NCBI GenBank assembly: GCA_050945995.1
Contig: JBMNUA010000001.1
Span: forward strand, 1 to 34,862
Source: Christensenellales bacterium
GTDB taxonomy: Bacteria; Bacillota; Clostridia; Christensenellales; Aristaeellaceae
Length of the DNA: 34,862 nt
Direction of reading: 5' to 3'
Position 1 is the first letter of the stretch. Each line of letters starts with the position of its first letter. Below are positions 33,205-34,862 of this stretch, in pieces. The translations under genes were made by a program, and so were the position numbers. The notes below the pieces were generated by a model. It ran no database searches. It was given only the letters and a program-made list of their open reading frames with translations, and was not told the origin of the DNA.

Positions 33205-34664
33205 GCGTTCGATTGTTGACGGAGCTGTCGATGTTTGTTCCCGACTTCTCCGAGATGATCCGCCTGTTTCTGGGCAATGTAGAGATCAGCGCGGATGATG
33301 GCGATATCGTCGTCACCCATCAGATCGCGGAGGGCAAAAACAGCTATGTCGATCTGTGGACGTCGGGGGAGACCATGCACGTTCAGCACACCGTGATCGA
33401 CGAAAAAGAGCCCATCGCCTTCAAACGGCTGCGCAAGCGCGCGGCGAAATCGGGGCTGTATGAGCTGTTAAAGAAGATGACGGGCATCCGCCCGCCGTGG
33501 GGCTCGCTCACGGGCATCCGCCCCACGCGCCTGCTCTATGAGGCGATGGAGGACGGACTGGATCGCGATGCTGCGATCGAGCGTCTGACGCGCGAATTCG
33601 ATGTCGCGCCCTCGCGCGCGCAACTGCTCGGCGAAATCGCGGATGCGCAACAGGGGCTGCGCGAATTGCCGGAGGACGCGTTCGACCTCTACCTCGGCAT
33701 CCCCTTTTGTACCACGCGCTGCGATTATTGCTCGTTCTCCTCCGGCGAAATCGGCGACGGGCGGCTCGTCTCCCCGTATGCCGATGCGCTCATTCGGGAG
33801 ATCAGAACCTGCGGGGTGATGATGCGCGAAAAAGGGCTGCGCGTGCGCGCGGCGTACATGGGCGGCGGCACGCCCACCGCGCTCGATGCCGAATCGCTCG
33901 ACCGTATCCTCGCGGCGGCGCGTGAAGCGTTCCCCGGCGCGGTCGAATGGACGGTCGAAGCGGGGCGACCCGATACGATCGACGCGGGCAAGCTCTCGGT
34001 TCTCAAGGCGCATCGCATTACGCGCATCTCGGTCAACCCCCAGTCCTTCTCAGATGAAACGCTCGCGCGCATCGGGCGCGCGCACAGCGGCGCGGATACC
34101 ATCCATGCGTATCAACTGGCGCGCGCTGCGGGCTTTGACAACATCAATATGGATGTGATCGCCGCGCTCCCGGGCGAGACGGCGGACGATTTTGCGCGCA
34201 CCCTCGAGCAGGTGATCGCGCTCGATCCCGAGAGCGTCACCGTGCACGCGCTCGCCGTCAAGCGCGCAAGCAAATTGCACGAGCAACTGCATGTCGCCGG
34301 CGGCGGTCACGCGCCGCAGGGCGCGGGCGAAGCCGTGCGGATGATCGAGCTCGCGCGCGAACGCCTGACGCGCGCGGGCTATCAGCCCTACTATATCTAT
34401 CGGCAGAAGTACATGGCGGGCAACTTGGAGAACGTGGGCTACGCAAAGCCCGGGCGCGCGTGCCTGTACAACATCGGCAACATGGAGGAGACCGCGCGTG
34501 TGCTCGCCCTCGGCGCGGGCGCAATTTCGAAATGGGTGTTCGACCGCGCGCGCAGGATCGAGCGCGCCCCGAATGTGAAGAACATCGAGGAATACATCGC
34601 GCGCGTGGATGAGATGTGCGCGCGCAAGAAAAAGCTGATCGAGGACGAGGGGGTGCGCGCGTGA
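33198..34664 (+). CDS. hemZ: Radical SAM coproporphyrinogen-III-oxidase-like protein, HemZ type (long N-terminal extension)
   Basis: 488 aa. It has the radical SAM motif IPFCTTRCDYCSF, then GGGTP and the HemN-like C-terminal region. The ATGGTGA overlaps the upstream stop. Confidence 0.8.
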   Translation: MVSVRLLTELSMFVPDFSEMIRLFLGNVEISADDGDIVVTHQIAEGKNSYVDLWTSGETMHVQHTVIDEKEPIAFKRLRKRAAKSGLYELLKKMTGIRPPWGSLTGIRPTRLLYEAMEDGLDRDAAIERLTREFDVAPSRAQLLGEIADAQQGLRELPEDAFDLYLGIPFCTTRCDYCSFSSGEIGDGRLVSPYADALIREIRTCGVMMREKGLRVRAAYMGGGTPTALDAESLDRILAAAREAFPGAVEWTVEAGRPDTIDAGKLSVLKAHRITRISVNPQSFSDETLARIGRAHSGADTIHAYQLARAAGFDNINMDVIAALPGETADDFARTLEQVIALDPESVTVHALAVKRASKLHEQLHVAGGGHAPQGAGEAVRMIELARERLTRAGYQPYYIYRQKYMAGNLENVGYAKPGRACLYNIGNMEETARVLALGAGAISKWVFDRARRIERAPNVKNIEEYIARVDEMCARKKKLIEDEGVRA

Positions 34665-34862
34665 AACGCGTTGCAGCGGCGCTTGCGCTTTTTCTGCTGT
34701 GCGCGCAGCTCATTGGCTGCGCGCGCAAGAATCCATATGAGGGCGTGCCGAATCCCATCGCGACGATCGAGATGGAAAACGGAGATACCATGCGCATCGA
34801 GCTGTTTGTCTCCGAAGCGCCCAACACCGTCGCGAACTTCGTCAGCCTCGCAAACGCCGGCT
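34661..34862 (+). CDS. Cyclophilin-type peptidyl-prolyl cis-trans isomerase lipoprotein. The 3' end lies beyond the window.
   Basis: It is not in the ORF track. The GTG at 34661 overlaps the hemZ TGA (GTGA). The translation is VKRVAAALALFLLCAQLIGCARKNPYEGVPNPIATIEMENGDTMRIELFVSEAPNTVANFVSLANAG. It shows a lipobox (LIGC) followed by the cyclophilin E(L/F)....AP.TV.NF..L motif. Confidence 0.7.
   Translation, partial: MKRVAAALALFLLCAQLIGCARKNPYEGVPNPIATIEMENGDTMRIELFVSEAPNTVANFVSLANAG

Overview
This is a GC-rich chromosomal segment whose gene content and order look like a Clostridia-type Firmicute. That placement is an inference from synteny (secDF-recJ-relA-dtd, rplM-rpsI, smpB-ssrA), not a database result. 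Most of the window is housekeeping. It contains: (1) a polyamine operon, speA(partial)-speE-speB-carboxy(nor)spermidine dehydrogenase-decarboxylase; (2) a tRNA-Thr/tRNA-Pro pair; (3) pfkA-rlmD; (4) a minus-strand block VOC-mutY-smpB-tmRNA; (5) DUF368 and YkvI-like membrane proteins; (6) rplM-rpsI; (7) a stand-alone promoter-to-terminator unit of about 215 nt that I read as a 6S RNA; (8) a minus-strand sugar cluster (ROK kinase, GNAT, GH42 beta-galactosidase, Fe-S aldo/keto reductase, GlpP, metallophosphoesterase); (9) MBL and PHP hydrolases; (10) secD-secF-recJ-relA-dtd-MBL-hemZ-PPIase(partial). Four places depart from ordinary core genome. (a) A visibly AT-rich ~1.1 kb insert carries an XRE-HTH::SAM-methyltransferase fusion. 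It is bracketed by ~137-bp direct repeats that duplicate the nspC 3' end plus its terminator, next to the tRNA genes. (b) A visibly AT-rich ~1.7 kb two-gene islet lies between rlmD and the 3' end of tmRNA. It encodes a leaderless CHAP-domain protein and an unknown 279-aa protein with weak kinase-like motifs, with no integrase. (c) The recJ ribosome-binding site, start codon and first codons are repeated in tandem, giving a chain of overlapping leader ORFs. (d) The polyamine operon combines the SpeE and CASDH/CASDC routes with an agmatinase homologue. No CRISPR array, transposase or integrase was seen. All functional calls rest on by-eye motif and family recognition of the supplied translations. 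No searches or folding programs were run.
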